Position numbers and translations under genes: made by a program
In this document: positions 7,745 through 17,182 of the stretch, piece by piece
Layout: each line of letters starts with the position of its first letter
How positions within the stretch are numbered: the first letter of the stretch is position 1
The notes under the pieces: model-generated
What the model was told of the DNA's origin: nothing
The model's input: the letters and a program-made list of their open reading frames with translations, nothing else
Database searches by the model: none
Assembly: GCA_017608305.1 (NCBI GenBank)
Contig: JAFCGC010000002.1
Span: 1-53,268 of the forward strand
Source: Candidatus Pacearchaeota archaeon
Lineage (GTDB): Archaea > Nanobdellota > Nanobdellia > Pacearchaeales > GW2011-AR1
Direction: 5' to 3'
DNA length: 53,268 nucleotides

Positions 7745-9025
7745 ATGAAGAGGACTTATATTTCAGATTTGAAAAAAAGCGGTAAAGTAGGTTTGACTGG
7801 TTGGGTATTTGAGTATAGAGTATTGGCTAAAATGGCTTTTATTTTGTTAAGAGATTCTACAGGGGTTGTTCAGTGTATAACTAAAGAACCTAAAATAATT
7901 AAAAAAATTTCAGGGCTAACTTTAGAAAGTGTTGTTGGTGTTGAAGGTAAAATTAAAAAAGCTAAAGTTAAGGCAAGATATGCAAAACATGATATTGAAA
8001 TAGAAATTAATAAATTAGAAATAATGAATAAAGCTTCTAAGCTTCCGATTCATGTTAATGAGAAAACAGTAAAGAGTTCTCTTCCTTCTAGACTTGATTT
8101 TAGGAGTTTGGATATTAGAAAGCCAGAAATTAAAGCAGTGTTTAAAATTCAGTCTACAATTATCAATGCTTTTAGGGAATATTTTTATAGATTGAATTTT
8201 ATTGAGATGCAGCCTCCTGGAATAATTGCAACTTCAACAGAAGGAGGCACTGATTTGTTTGAAGTGAATTATTTTGATAAAAAAGCTTATTTGGCACAGA
8301 GTCCTCAGTTGTATAAACAATTAGCTGCAATTTCTTGGGAAAAAGTTTTTAGTACTAGTCCTGTTTGGAGAGCAGAAAAACATGATACATCTAAACACAT
8401 TAATGAGATAAGGCAAATGGATATTGAATGTGCTTTTAAAAATGATTTAGAAATTATGAAATATATGGAAGATGTTGTTAAATTTATTGCTAAAAAAGTG
8501 ATTAAAGAATGTTCTAGTGAATTGAGATTATTGAAAATTGATTTGAAAGTTCCTAAAACAAAATATTTAACATATAAAGAGGCAATTGATTTATTGGCTG
8601 GCAAAGGCCTTAAGATTGAGCAGGGTGATGATTTTGAACCTGAGGCTGAAAGAAAACTTTGTGAATTATTTCCTAACACAATTATTTTTACATATGAATG
8701 GCCTATTGAGTTGAAGCCATTTTATATTTGGCCAAAAGATGAAGTTTATGGTGTGAGTGGAGGATTTGATGCTGTTTATGGGAATATAGAGATTTGCTCT
8801 GGGGGTCAAAGAGTTCATATCCCTGATATGTTAACCAAACAAATTGAAAATAAAGGTCTTGATTCTAGTCATTTTAAATGGTATATTGATGCTTTTAGGC
8901 ATGGTGCACCTGTTCATGCTGGTTGGAGTATTGGTTTGGAAAGATTAACTCAAGCTATGTTGGGGTTAGATAATATTCGAGAAGCTACTTTGTTTCCGAG
9001 GGATAGGAAAAGGTTGACTCCTTAG
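7745..9025 (+). CDS. aspS: Aspartyl-tRNA synthetase, archaeal type
   Basis: LAQSPQLYKQ, WRAEKHDT..HINE, EICSGGQR, GLERL, LFPRD. GWVF rather than GWVH hints at the discriminating type. Confidence 0.93.
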   Translation: MKRTYISDLKKSGKVGLTGWVFEYRVLAKMAFILLRDSTGVVQCITKEPKIIKKISGLTLESVVGVEGKIKKAKVKARYAKHDIEIEINKLEIMNKASKLPIHVNEKTVKSSLPSRLDFRSLDIRKPEIKAVFKIQSTIINAFREYFYRLNFIEMQPPGIIATSTEGGTDLFEVNYFDKKAYLAQSPQLYKQLAAISWEKVFSTSPVWRAEKHDTSKHINEIRQMDIECAFKNDLEIMKYMEDVVKFIAKKVIKECSSELRLLKIDLKVPKTKYLTYKEAIDLLAGKGLKIEQGDDFEPEAERKLCELFPNTIIFTYEWPIELKPFYIWPKDEVYGVSGGFDAVYGNIEICSGGQRVHIPDMLTKQIENKGLDSSHFKWYIDAFRHGAPVHAGWSIGLERLTQAMLGLDNIREATLFPRDRKRLTP

Positions 9026-9055
9026 ATTTTTAAATGATATTTTCTTTGTAAATTT

Positions 9056-9922
9056 ATGAAAAATTTGCATAAAGGAATACTTGAAATATCTTTTGCTGCA
9101 ATTTTGTTTGGTTTGATTCCAATAATTGTTAAATTTAGTTCCCTTGATATTTATAGTCTTTCACTAGGGAGAATTATTTTTGCTACATTGTTTTTGGCTT
9201 TTTGGATATTTTTTACAAAAACAAAAATTCAGTCTGTTAAGCAAAATAAAGGTTTATTTTTTTTATTTGGATTATTCCATGCACTTATTATTATTTGTTT
9301 TTTTATTTCAATAAAATTAATTAGCACTCCTATTGCAGTTTTGCTTCTTTATGCAGGAGCAATATATTTGGTTATTTTGTCTAAAATATTTTTGAAAGAA
9401 AAGATCGAAAAAATAACTATCTTTTCTCTTGTAATTTCTTTTGTTGGATTATTTTTGATATTTTATACTCCTGAATTGAAGAATAATTTGTTTGGATATC
9501 TTGCTGGTTTTTTTGCAGGATTATTTATGGCTTTTGTTTATTTAATTGGAAAGATTTTATCTAAAAAATATGACCCGATATCAATTACTTTTGTTCAAAA
9601 TCTTATAGCTCTTCCGTTGATGTTGCCATTATTGTTTTTAGCAGAATTTAGTGGAACCTTTTCAGGTTTCTTTACCTTAATCCTATTAGGAATTTTTTGT
9701 ACAGCAATCGCGTTTCTATTATTATACTCCGGAATGAAAAAAGTAAAAGGGCAGAAAGTTGGTATACTTTTACTTTTGGAAGTCCTCACCCCCCTTATAT
9801 TAGCATTTTGTTTATTTAATGAAATTCCTCTCCTTAGGGAAATTGTTGGGGGAATTTTGATTTTTATTGGATTTATTTTGCTCATTTTATTTTCAAAAAA
9901 TCCTGAGCAGTTGACTCCTTGA
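9056..9922 (+). CDS. EamA/DMT-family transporter
   Basis: About 10 TM segments in two repeats, IFLKEK and GIFCTAIAFLL motifs. Confidence 0.85.
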   Translation: MKNLHKGILEISFAAILFGLIPIIVKFSSLDIYSLSLGRIIFATLFLAFWIFFTKTKIQSVKQNKGLFFLFGLFHALIIICFFISIKLISTPIAVLLLYAGAIYLVILSKIFLKEKIEKITIFSLVISFVGLFLIFYTPELKNNLFGYLAGFFAGLFMAFVYLIGKILSKKYDPISITFVQNLIALPLMLPLLFLAEFSGTFSGFFTLILLGIFCTAIAFLLLYSGMKKVKGQKVGILLLLEVLTPLILAFCLFNEIPLLREIVGGILIFIGFILLILFSKNPEQLTP

Positions 9923-9975
9923 TGTGTATTCTTTAACACTATAATTTATTTAAATATTTTTACTAATTGTTTTGT

Positions 9976-10230
9976 ATGGATTTAAAAGATAAAGATTATA
10001 CTGAAGCTGATTTAGAAGATTCTTTAAGAAGAGCTTTTGTTGAGGGGGGTGCTGATTTTATTTTTCTTGATGGACATTCTATAAGCAACTCTTTTTTGGC
10101 AAATGGGATTAATTTTGGTATTGAAAATAAGTGGGTATATTTTGATAGAGAAGGTGGAGATTCTCAATACACTACCTTTGAATACAGATTAACTGGGGAA
10201 GGAAAAAAACATTTTGGGTTGGCCCCGTAA
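9976..10230 (+). CDS. Hypothetical protein (possible winged-helix C-terminus)
   Basis: YRLTGEGK end motif; TATTTAAA upstream. Confidence 0.55.
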   Translation: MDLKDKDYTEADLEDSLRRAFVEGGADFIFLDGHSISNSFLANGINFGIENKWVYFDREGGDSQYTTFEYRLTGEGKKHFGLAP

Positions 10231-10360
10231 ACTTAATAAACTCTTTTTCTTTATTTTTACTATGGATAAAGCTATTGGTCTTATGGATATGGGAATGCAT
10301 AGTTCTAGTGGAAATAGCAATAATTAAAAATCCATTTTTCTTTTCTTAATATAAGGTAAA

Positions 10361-11659
10361 ATGTTAAAAAAATTTATATCAATTAGCGATGCAATACGTA
10401 AGGGACGAGGAAAAGTAGCTGTGCGTGGGTGGATTTATCGTGAGAGAGGTAGTGGTAAAATGAAGTTTGTGGTTCTTAGAGATGTTTCTGATATTATTCA
10501 AATTGTGATTAAAAGAGAGAAATTTGAAAAGCAGTGGAAAGATATTGATAAATTACAAGTTGAAGCTAGCCTTGAAATTGAAGGAACAATTAAACCAGAT
10601 AAAAGAGCCCCAACAGGTTATGAAATTGAAGCAGATAAAATTACAATTGTTGGAACTAGTGATGAATTTCCAATTCAAAAACATCTTAGTGAAGAATTGT
10701 TAGGAGATAGGCGTCATTTATGGTTGAGGAGTAGGAAGATGGTTGCAATTATGAAGATTAGATCAACTGTTATTGGAGCCTTACATGAGTATTTTAGATC
10801 AAAAGATTTTTATGAATTTCAAAGTCCAATTATTATTCCTGGTGGAGCTGAAGAAGGACCAACAATGTTTGAAATTGATTATTTTAAGAAAAAAATGTAT
10901 TTGTGCCAGACTTGGCAATTATATGCTGAAGCTGCAATGTATGGGTTGGAGAAAATTTATTGTGTTGCTCCTAGTTTTAGAGCTGAAAAATCTAAAACTT
11001 CAAGGCATTTAACAGAATATTGGCATACTGAAATGGAAGTTGCTTGGGCTGATTTAGATAAATTAATGGATTATGCAGAAGAAATGACAAAGTATGTCGT
11101 TAAAAAAGTTCTTGAAAAACATAAAAAAGAATTAGAATTTTTAGAAAGAGACTGGAAAAAATTAATTCCAACTACAAAAAAGAAATTTCCTAGAATAACT
11201 TATGATGAAGCTTTGAAAATTTTAAAACAAAAAAAGAAAATGAAAGTTGTTTGGGGTAAAGATCTTAGGACAATTGAAGAAGAAAAATTAATGGAAAAAT
11301 ATGATACCCCTGTTTTTGTTCATCATTATCCTAAAGAAGTTATGGCATTTTACAAACCTAGAGATAAAAAAAGCCCAAAAACAGCTAGATGTTTTGATAT
11401 GTTAGGTCCTGAAGCTCATGGGGAATTAATCGGGGGGAGTGAAAGAGATACAGATATTAAAGAGCTTAAAAAATCATTAAAAGCTAAAGGAGAAAAACTT
11501 GAAGATTATTCATATTATTTTGATATTCATAGTTATGGACCTGTTCCACACGGAGGATATGGTTTAGGTACAGAGAGGTTAATTAAGTGGATTTGTGGTT
11601 TAGATACTATTAAAGATGCAATTGGTTTTCCTAGGACAATGACGCGGATGAGGCCTTAG
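10361..11659 (+). CDS. asnS: Asparaginyl-tRNA synthetase
   Basis: [42 protein letters not shown]. Confidence 0.95.
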   Translation: MLKKFISISDAIRKGRGKVAVRGWIYRERGSGKMKFVVLRDVSDIIQIVIKREKFEKQWKDIDKLQVEASLEIEGTIKPDKRAPTGYEIEADKITIVGTSDEFPIQKHLSEELLGDRRHLWLRSRKMVAIMKIRSTVIGALHEYFRSKDFYEFQSPIIIPGGAEEGPTMFEIDYFKKKMYLCQTWQLYAEAAMYGLEKIYCVAPSFRAEKSKTSRHLTEYWHTEMEVAWADLDKLMDYAEEMTKYVVKKVLEKHKKELEFLERDWKKLIPTTKKKFPRITYDEALKILKQKKKMKVVWGKDLRTIEEEKLMEKYDTPVFVHHYPKEVMAFYKPRDKKSPKTARCFDMLGPEAHGELIGGSERDTDIKELKKSLKAKGEKLEDYSYYFDIHSYGPVPHGGYGLGTERLIKWICGLDTIKDAIGFPRTMTRMRP

Positions 11660-11722
11660 TTGTTACTTCTTTTAAGTAGTTAGGATAGAAAGATTTATAA
11701 AAGGAATTTGGGTTGGGATTTT

Positions 11723-12223
11723 ATGAAAAAAGTATATGAACCCAAGATACTCAAACCAGGAAATGTAATTTTAGCTAAAGTAGAAAATTTAAATCATTTG
11801 CTTAAAAGAAGAGATAGAGAAAGTGTGCAAAAAGTTAGAGATTTTTTAGCTGCGAAAGATATTGATACTTATCTTACTGGGGGTGTTATAGATTCGGCTA
11901 TTTTTTCTGGATCTAAACATTATGGGGATGTTGATCTTTTGGGAGTATTTAAAGAAGATAAAAAACCTGATTTTAATTCAATAAAAAAAGATTTAGGAAG
12001 TGGAGAATTTATTAGGATAAAAGGACTTGATTTTGTAGCATCGGATCTTCATAACCAGATAGCTTATTGTGGGTTTCCTGTTGATGCTAGGTATATTTTA
12101 TGTCCAGAAAATTATCTTGGGATTATAGAAAGAGCAAATATTGATTTAAGTTTTATCTCAGAAGAGAGATTTAATGCAGGAAATTATTTTACTGCTCGTC
12201 AATTTCCAAGTATTTACTCGTGA
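11723..12223 (+). CDS. Pol-beta-superfamily nucleotidyltransferase-like protein
   Basis: YLTGG...YGDVDL motif and third acidic strand NIDL. Confidence 0.6.
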   Translation: MKKVYEPKILKPGNVILAKVENLNHLLKRRDRESVQKVRDFLAAKDIDTYLTGGVIDSAIFSGSKHYGDVDLLGVFKEDKKPDFNSIKKDLGSGEFIRIKGLDFVASDLHNQIAYCGFPVDARYILCPENYLGIIERANIDLSFISEERFNAGNYFTARQFPSIYS

Positions 12224-12257
12224 GTAGTTTTATAAATTAGTTTTTCTTTTTTTTATC

Positions 12258-12395
12258 ATGAAAATATTAGTTATTGGAGATCCACACGGAGGATATGGTT
12301 TAGGTACAGAGAGATTAATTAAGTGGATATGTGGTTTAAGTACAATTAAAGATACGATTGGTTTTCCTAGGACAATGACAAGGATGAGGCCTTGA
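12258..12395 (+). other. Chimeric 45-aa mini-ORF: phosphoesterase N-terminus fused to AsnRS C-terminus
   Basis: [11 protein letters not shown] matches the start of the 13745 gene; [34 protein letters not shown] matches the asnS end; 12281-12393 repeats 11545-11657. Confidence 0.9.
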
Positions 12396-12396
12396 A

Positions 12397-13059
12397 ATGA
12401 AATCTACAAAAGAACATACTTGGAAAGAAATTGAAGATGTTCTTATTAAAGAACTTAAAAAAACAAAACATATTATGAGTTTTGGAACAATTGGTTCTTG
12501 TGACGTTGAAAAGGATATTGATTTAATTATCCCTAAGAAACCTAAATCAAGACCTGTTGATTTTTATAAAGAAATACATGGTTTATTTGATAAATTAAAT
12601 AATTTTTTGAAGAAAAAATATAATAAAAAATTAATTAGGTTTTCTCACTTTATTACTGAAAAGGAAGTTTTAAAAATTGGGAAATACCAGAAAGGAGATT
12701 TAGCATTACATACAATGCTTTATTTATCCTGGTTTGATATAAAAACAAATTGGACTTTAACAAATAATTTTGATGTCAGAAAATTTTTTGTAAAAAATTA
12801 TAAAATCTTTTTTGGAAATCTAAAAGACTTATTTAAAAAAGAGTTTCAACAAAAGGGAGAGTCTGATCTGGTTTTTAAGAAAATTGTAAATATGGATAGA
12901 ATAAACTCAAATTATCCCCTAGATTTTTTAATAGAATGTATGGATTTTCTTTATAATTACATATCAAAACATTATGGGACAAATAGGAAATTTAAATCAA
13001 AAAATAGAATGGAAGTCAGAGAAAATTTTTACAAAGTGTGTGATGAATTAGAAAAATGA
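12397..13059 (+). CDS. Nucleotidyltransferase-domain protein
   Basis: SFGT.....EKDIDL motif. Confidence 0.65.
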   Translation: MKSTKEHTWKEIEDVLIKELKKTKHIMSFGTIGSCDVEKDIDLIIPKKPKSRPVDFYKEIHGLFDKLNNFLKKKYNKKLIRFSHFITEKEVLKIGKYQKGDLALHTMLYLSWFDIKTNWTLTNNFDVRKFFVKNYKIFFGNLKDLFKKEFQQKGESDLVFKKIVNMDRINSNYPLDFLIECMDFLYNYISKHYGTNRKFKSKNRMEVRENFYKVCDELEK

Positions 13060-13748
13060 AAATAAATGATGTTTTAAAGTTCTTTGTAAAAGAAAGTTCA
13101 GAAAAACTTAATTTGATGTCTATTATCCAATTTGGATCTTCCACTTATTCTAAAGATCCTCAAGATATTGATTTAATTTTCTTTTCTAATGATGATGTGT
13201 TTTCTTCAGGAGATTATGTTAAGCTTTTTAAATTAATAAAGAAATTCGAAAATAATTACGAAGATGTTGTGTTTGATATAGGTGCAGGAATTAGAATAAG
13301 GCAGGGCAAATACAAAATTTCTATAGTTCCTTTACAAAATTTTAGCTTGGAATTGGAATCTGATCCCTTTTTTGCTAACAATATTTTTAAAGATAAAGAT
13401 AAAAAAATTCTTTTTGGAAAAAATCCTTTTAGAAAAGAAATAAAATTGAATAACAAATTTATTGCTTCTAGGATTTTGCTCCAGATTAATTGGTCCTTAA
13501 GAGAGTGTTTAGATAATGAAACAAGGAATGAAGCTATTAATTTTATGTTTAAATCAGTGTTAAGATATATGCTCTCTAATGAGAAGGTTTCTAAAAAGGG
13601 TCATTTGATAAAAACTTTTATTAAAATTTATCCCAAGATTAAGCTTCCAAAAGATTCAAAAGAAATATTGAGTAAGAAAATATCTAAGGGAGATTTAAAA
13701 GATACTATTGATTTTGCCAATGAATGTGTTAATTTTTTAAGAAAATGA
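13056..13748 (+). CDS. Nucleotidyltransferase-domain protein with helical (HEPN-like?) C-terminus
   Basis: QFGSS....PQDIDL motif. Confidence 0.7.
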   Translation: MKINDVLKFFVKESSEKLNLMSIIQFGSSTYSKDPQDIDLIFFSNDDVFSSGDYVKLFKLIKKFENNYEDVVFDIGAGIRIRQGKYKISIVPLQNFSLELESDPFFANNIFKDKDKKILFGKNPFRKEIKLNNKFIASRILLQINWSLRECLDNETRNEAINFMFKSVLRYMLSNEKVSKKGHLIKTFIKIYPKIKLPKDSKEILSKKISKGDLKDTIDFANECVNFLRK

Positions 13749-14521
13749 AAATTTTAGTTATTGGAGATCCGCATGGAAAACTGCCTAAAGGTTTAACACA
13801 GATTGTTAGAAAGAATAAGCCAGATATTCTAGTTGTTTTAGGTGACTTTGGAACTTCTAATAAAGTTAGAGAAATTTGTTTTGGAGAAAAAGAAGGAAAG
13901 ACCTATTCAAATAAAGAAAAGAGAAAAGCTTTAGACGGTCTTTATAACAGTACGCTTAAAGTTGTGAAGAATTTATCTGGTTATTGTTCAGTTTATGTTC
14001 TTTATGGAAATTTGGAGGCATTGCCAACTATATTATCAAAGAAAAAAACATTTGCAGAAGAATATAATTTGACTAGTAAATTGAATTCAATTAAGGACAT
14101 AAAGGTAATAGAAAATTCTTTTATTAAGGTAGAGGGAGTTAAAATAGGCTTTTTAGAATATTTTATTGATGATTGTTGGGTTAGAGAATTTAAGCCTGGA
14201 GATTATAAAAACAAATTAAAAAAAGCAAAAAAAGAAACAACAAAAGCTAAAAAAATTTTAAAGAGATTTGGTAAATTGGATATTTTGGTTTGTCATCAAC
14301 CTCCTTATGGATATTTAGATAAAGTTAATTTTAAAGGAGCTCCGAAAAATTGGCAAGGAAAACATGCTGGAAGTAAAGTTATCTTGAATTATATTAAAAA
14401 ATATCAACCAAAATATGTTTTATGTGGGCATATTCATGAGGCAAAGGGAAAAAAGAAAATAGGCAAAACAACAGTAATTAATGTTGGTGCTTATGGAGAT
14501 TATTTTATCATTAGCATATAA
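13745..14521 (+). CDS. Calcineurin-like metallophosphoesterase
   Basis: GDPHG, LGDF, GN.E, HQPP, CGHIHE. Confidence 0.9.
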   Translation: MKILVIGDPHGKLPKGLTQIVRKNKPDILVVLGDFGTSNKVREICFGEKEGKTYSNKEKRKALDGLYNSTLKVVKNLSGYCSVYVLYGNLEALPTILSKKKTFAEEYNLTSKLNSIKDIKVIENSFIKVEGVKIGFLEYFIDDCWVREFKPGDYKNKLKKAKKETTKAKKILKRFGKLDILVCHQPPYGYLDKVNFKGAPKNWQGKHAGSKVILNYIKKYQPKYVLCGHIHEAKGKKKIGKTTVINVGAYGDYFIISI

Positions 14522-14580
14522 TATCCAAAGGATTTATTAATAGCTTTTATGATTTATTAATTAGAAGATAAGAAAATAAA

Positions 14581-14985
14581 ATGACTAAATTTATTGTTGC
14601 ATCAGGGCCTGTGATTATTGAAGAAGGAAAATTATTAGTTAATAAAGATAATAAAGATGATTTTTATAAAATTCCTGGAGGAACAGTTGAATCTGGAGAT
14701 GGTTTATATGAGGCATGTATAAGGGAAGTTAAAGAAGAGATTAACGGAGAGATTGAAATTATTAGGCCCTTGAATCCGATGATAATATACAAAAATCCTC
14801 AGACTAGTGAAGAAATGACAATTGTTTTGATCCATTATGAAGCTAAACTAAAAAACAAAAATGAAATTAAACCTATTGATCCTATTAAAGAAGTTCAATG
14901 GTTAGATATTGAAGAGATAAAAGCAGGTAAACATAAAGTCGCTCCAAATATTGAATTTTTAATTGAAAAAGGAGATATCCAATGA
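14581..14985 (+). CDS. NUDIX hydrolase
   Basis: PGGTVESGDGLYEACIREVKEE Nudix box. Confidence 0.9.
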   Translation: MTKFIVASGPVIIEEGKLLVNKDNKDDFYKIPGGTVESGDGLYEACIREVKEEINGEIEIIRPLNPMIIYKNPQTSEEMTIVLIHYEAKLKNKNEIKPIDPIKEVQWLDIEEIKAGKHKVAPNIEFLIEKGDIQ

Positions 14986-15647
14986 AAATAGGTGAAGTGG
15001 AAATAAAATGGTTAGGGCATGCAGGCTTTTTGATTAAGAATTCTAAAGTAATTTATGTTGATCCATATAATATTAGGGATGGGTCGGAAAAAGCTGATTT
15101 GATATTAATTACGCATAGCCATTATGACCATTGTAGTGTTGCAGATATTCAAAAAATTGTTAAAGAAGACACAAAAATAATTCTTACTGCTGACAGTCAG
15201 AGTAAAATAACTCGTTTTGATGTGCCTATTAAGATTGAGATAATTGAGACTGGACAAGAGATTGATTTGCATGATGTTAAGATAAGTGCTGTTCCTGCGT
15301 ATAATACTGATAAACATTTTCATCCTAAAGATGAAGCTTGGATAGGTTATTTGATTAAGATGAATAATGTGATAATTTATCACGCAGGCGATACAGATGT
15401 TATTCCTGAAATGCAAAAGCTTACAGGATATAAACAAGAAGGCACAGAGTTTGTTGCTTTACTTCCTGTTGGTGGAAGATATACAATGACTGCAGAAGAA
15501 GCAGCAGAAGCTGCTAAGATTATTAAGCCCAATATAGCAGTTCCAATGCATTATGGAAGTATTGCAGGTAGTGAAGATGATGCCAAAGAGTTTGTAGAAT
15601 TATGCGAAGAAGTCGGAATAAAAGCAAAAATTTTGGAGAAGGAGTGA
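14982..15647 (+). CDS. MBL-fold metallo-hydrolase
   Basis: WLGHAGF, THSHYDH, YHAGDT, PMHY. Confidence 0.9.
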   Translation: MKIGEVEIKWLGHAGFLIKNSKVIYVDPYNIRDGSEKADLILITHSHYDHCSVADIQKIVKEDTKIILTADSQSKITRFDVPIKIEIIETGQEIDLHDVKISAVPAYNTDKHFHPKDEAWIGYLIKMNNVIIYHAGDTDVIPEMQKLTGYKQEGTEFVALLPVGGRYTMTAEEAAEAAKIIKPNIAVPMHYGSIAGSEDDAKEFVELCEEVGIKAKILEKE

Positions 15648-15648
15648 A

Positions 15649-16125
15649 ATGAAAATTGGAGTTATTGGCCCTAGTGATTTTGAAGGAATTGACAAAGGAT
15701 TAGTTACTAAATTAGCAAAAATAGTAGCTAGTAAAGGACATGAAATTGTTATTGTTCCACATAAAGGATCTGTTTCTGAGTTTTTTGCTCAAGAATATTT
15801 ATCTAAAGGAGGAAAAAAAGTTTATTCAATTATTCCTTTGGATGATAAGGAGTTTGGTTATGATTGGGTTAATACTGAAATAGGGGAGCAAATTAGTTGT
15901 GGGGTATGGAGAAATCAACCTGAAAAATTAAATGAAGAATCTGATGTTTTATTGAGTATTGCTCATGCTGTTGGAGGCATGATTGAGATAGGATATTCAA
16001 AATGGTTTAAAAAAAAACCAGTTTATATTATAACAGATATTGATAATGATAGATTTCCTAAGAGAATTGAAAAAAAATTAGATTTAAAATATGTTTCTAT
16101 AGATGAATTTGAAAAATTAATTTAA
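15649..16125 (+). CDS. SLOG/LOG-like Rossmann-fold protein
   Basis: MKIGVIGPS start, SDVLL.....GGMIE..Y...KKPV pattern. Confidence 0.55.
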   Translation: MKIGVIGPSDFEGIDKGLVTKLAKIVASKGHEIVIVPHKGSVSEFFAQEYLSKGGKKVYSIIPLDDKEFGYDWVNTEIGEQISCGVWRNQPEKLNEESDVLLSIAHAVGGMIEIGYSKWFKKKPVYIITDIDNDRFPKRIEKKLDLKYVSIDEFEKLI

Positions 16126-16126
16126 A

Positions 16127-16777
16127 ATGATTTCTTTTAATCAACGCAAACAAGATATTTTTTCTAAAAAAGATAAAAGTTTTATTGGTTGTAGAGATGA
16201 AAAAATTAAGAAATTATGTGGTAAAATAAATAAAAAAGAAAGTTATTATACAACATCTTCGTGTTCTGGAAGAGTTGTTGTTATTAAAGATAAAGAGAAA
16301 AAAGAACCAGGAGTATTTGAATTTGTTAGCCATGATTTATTGGATTTGAGTGAGTTGAAGAAAGAATTGAGTAGAATAATTAGCCAACCCCTCCAACCAT
16401 TTCCCCAACCACCCGCCCTTAAAAATAAGTTAACAAAAAAACCTGTTAATAATAAAAGAGGTGATAATAATTTTCATACATTTTCATACAAATTCAAACA
16501 AGAACCATGTATACTTCATGTTGCTTGTAGAGAACTAGGAGATGCTGAAAAACTTTTGAAAAAAGCTCAATTAGCTGGATTTAAGAGAAGTGGAATTATT
16601 TCTTCTAAGGGGAAATTTGTTTGTGAGTTGCTAAGTACAGAAAAACTTGAATTTCCAATTATTGAAGAGGGTAGATTATTAGTGGGAGATGATTTTTTAA
16701 AAGTTGTAGTTAAGAAAGCTAATAAAAATTTAGAAAAGACTTGGTTGAAGATTGAGAACTTGGAGAAATCATTATGA
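16127..16777 (+). CDS. taw3: tRNA wybutosine-pathway methyltransferase Taw3/TYW3 (with internal insertion)
   Basis: YTTSSCSGR, ILHVACR, AGFKRSGI. Confidence 0.88.
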   Translation: MISFNQRKQDIFSKKDKSFIGCRDEKIKKLCGKINKKESYYTTSSCSGRVVVIKDKEKKEPGVFEFVSHDLLDLSELKKELSRIISQPLQPFPQPPALKNKLTKKPVNNKRGDNNFHTFSYKFKQEPCILHVACRELGDAEKLLKKAQLAGFKRSGIISSKGKFVCELLSTEKLEFPIIEEGRLLVGDDFLKVVVKKANKNLEKTWLKIENLEKSL

Positions 16778-16821
16778 TAGGGTATAAGTAATTTTATAAA
16801 TAAAAAATCCTCTTTGTCTTT

Positions 16822-17139
16822 ATGCCAAAAAAAGAGATAACACAACATGTTGTGGATTTTATATATTTAGAGCTTAAGAAATCAGATTGTGAAGGGGTTG
16901 AGCTTAAATTATCTAAAAAAGATAAAGGATTTGAGATTGGAGGTTTTATTAATTTGACTCCATGTTCAAGGGATGATTTGCCTACTATTAGTGTGTTGGA
17001 GGGTAAAATTTCAATAGAAGAAATATATACTAATGAATCCCATTATACTAAACTCAAGAATTTTGCAGATTCTTTAACAACTTATTTACGGAAAAAACGT
17101 TATGAAGGACAAATAAGTACAAGTTTTAAACAAAAGTGA
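16822..17139 (+). CDS. Hypothetical protein
   Basis: 105-aa ORF, TTTATAAA about 21 nt upstream. Confidence 0.55.
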   Translation: MPKKEITQHVVDFIYLELKKSDCEGVELKLSKKDKGFEIGGFINLTPCSRDDLPTISVLEGKISIEEIYTNESHYTKLKNFADSLTTYLRKKRYEGQISTSFKQK

Positions 17140-17182
17140 TTAATTAAGTTAATTTAATAAATTGTTTTTTCTTGTTTTTTAT

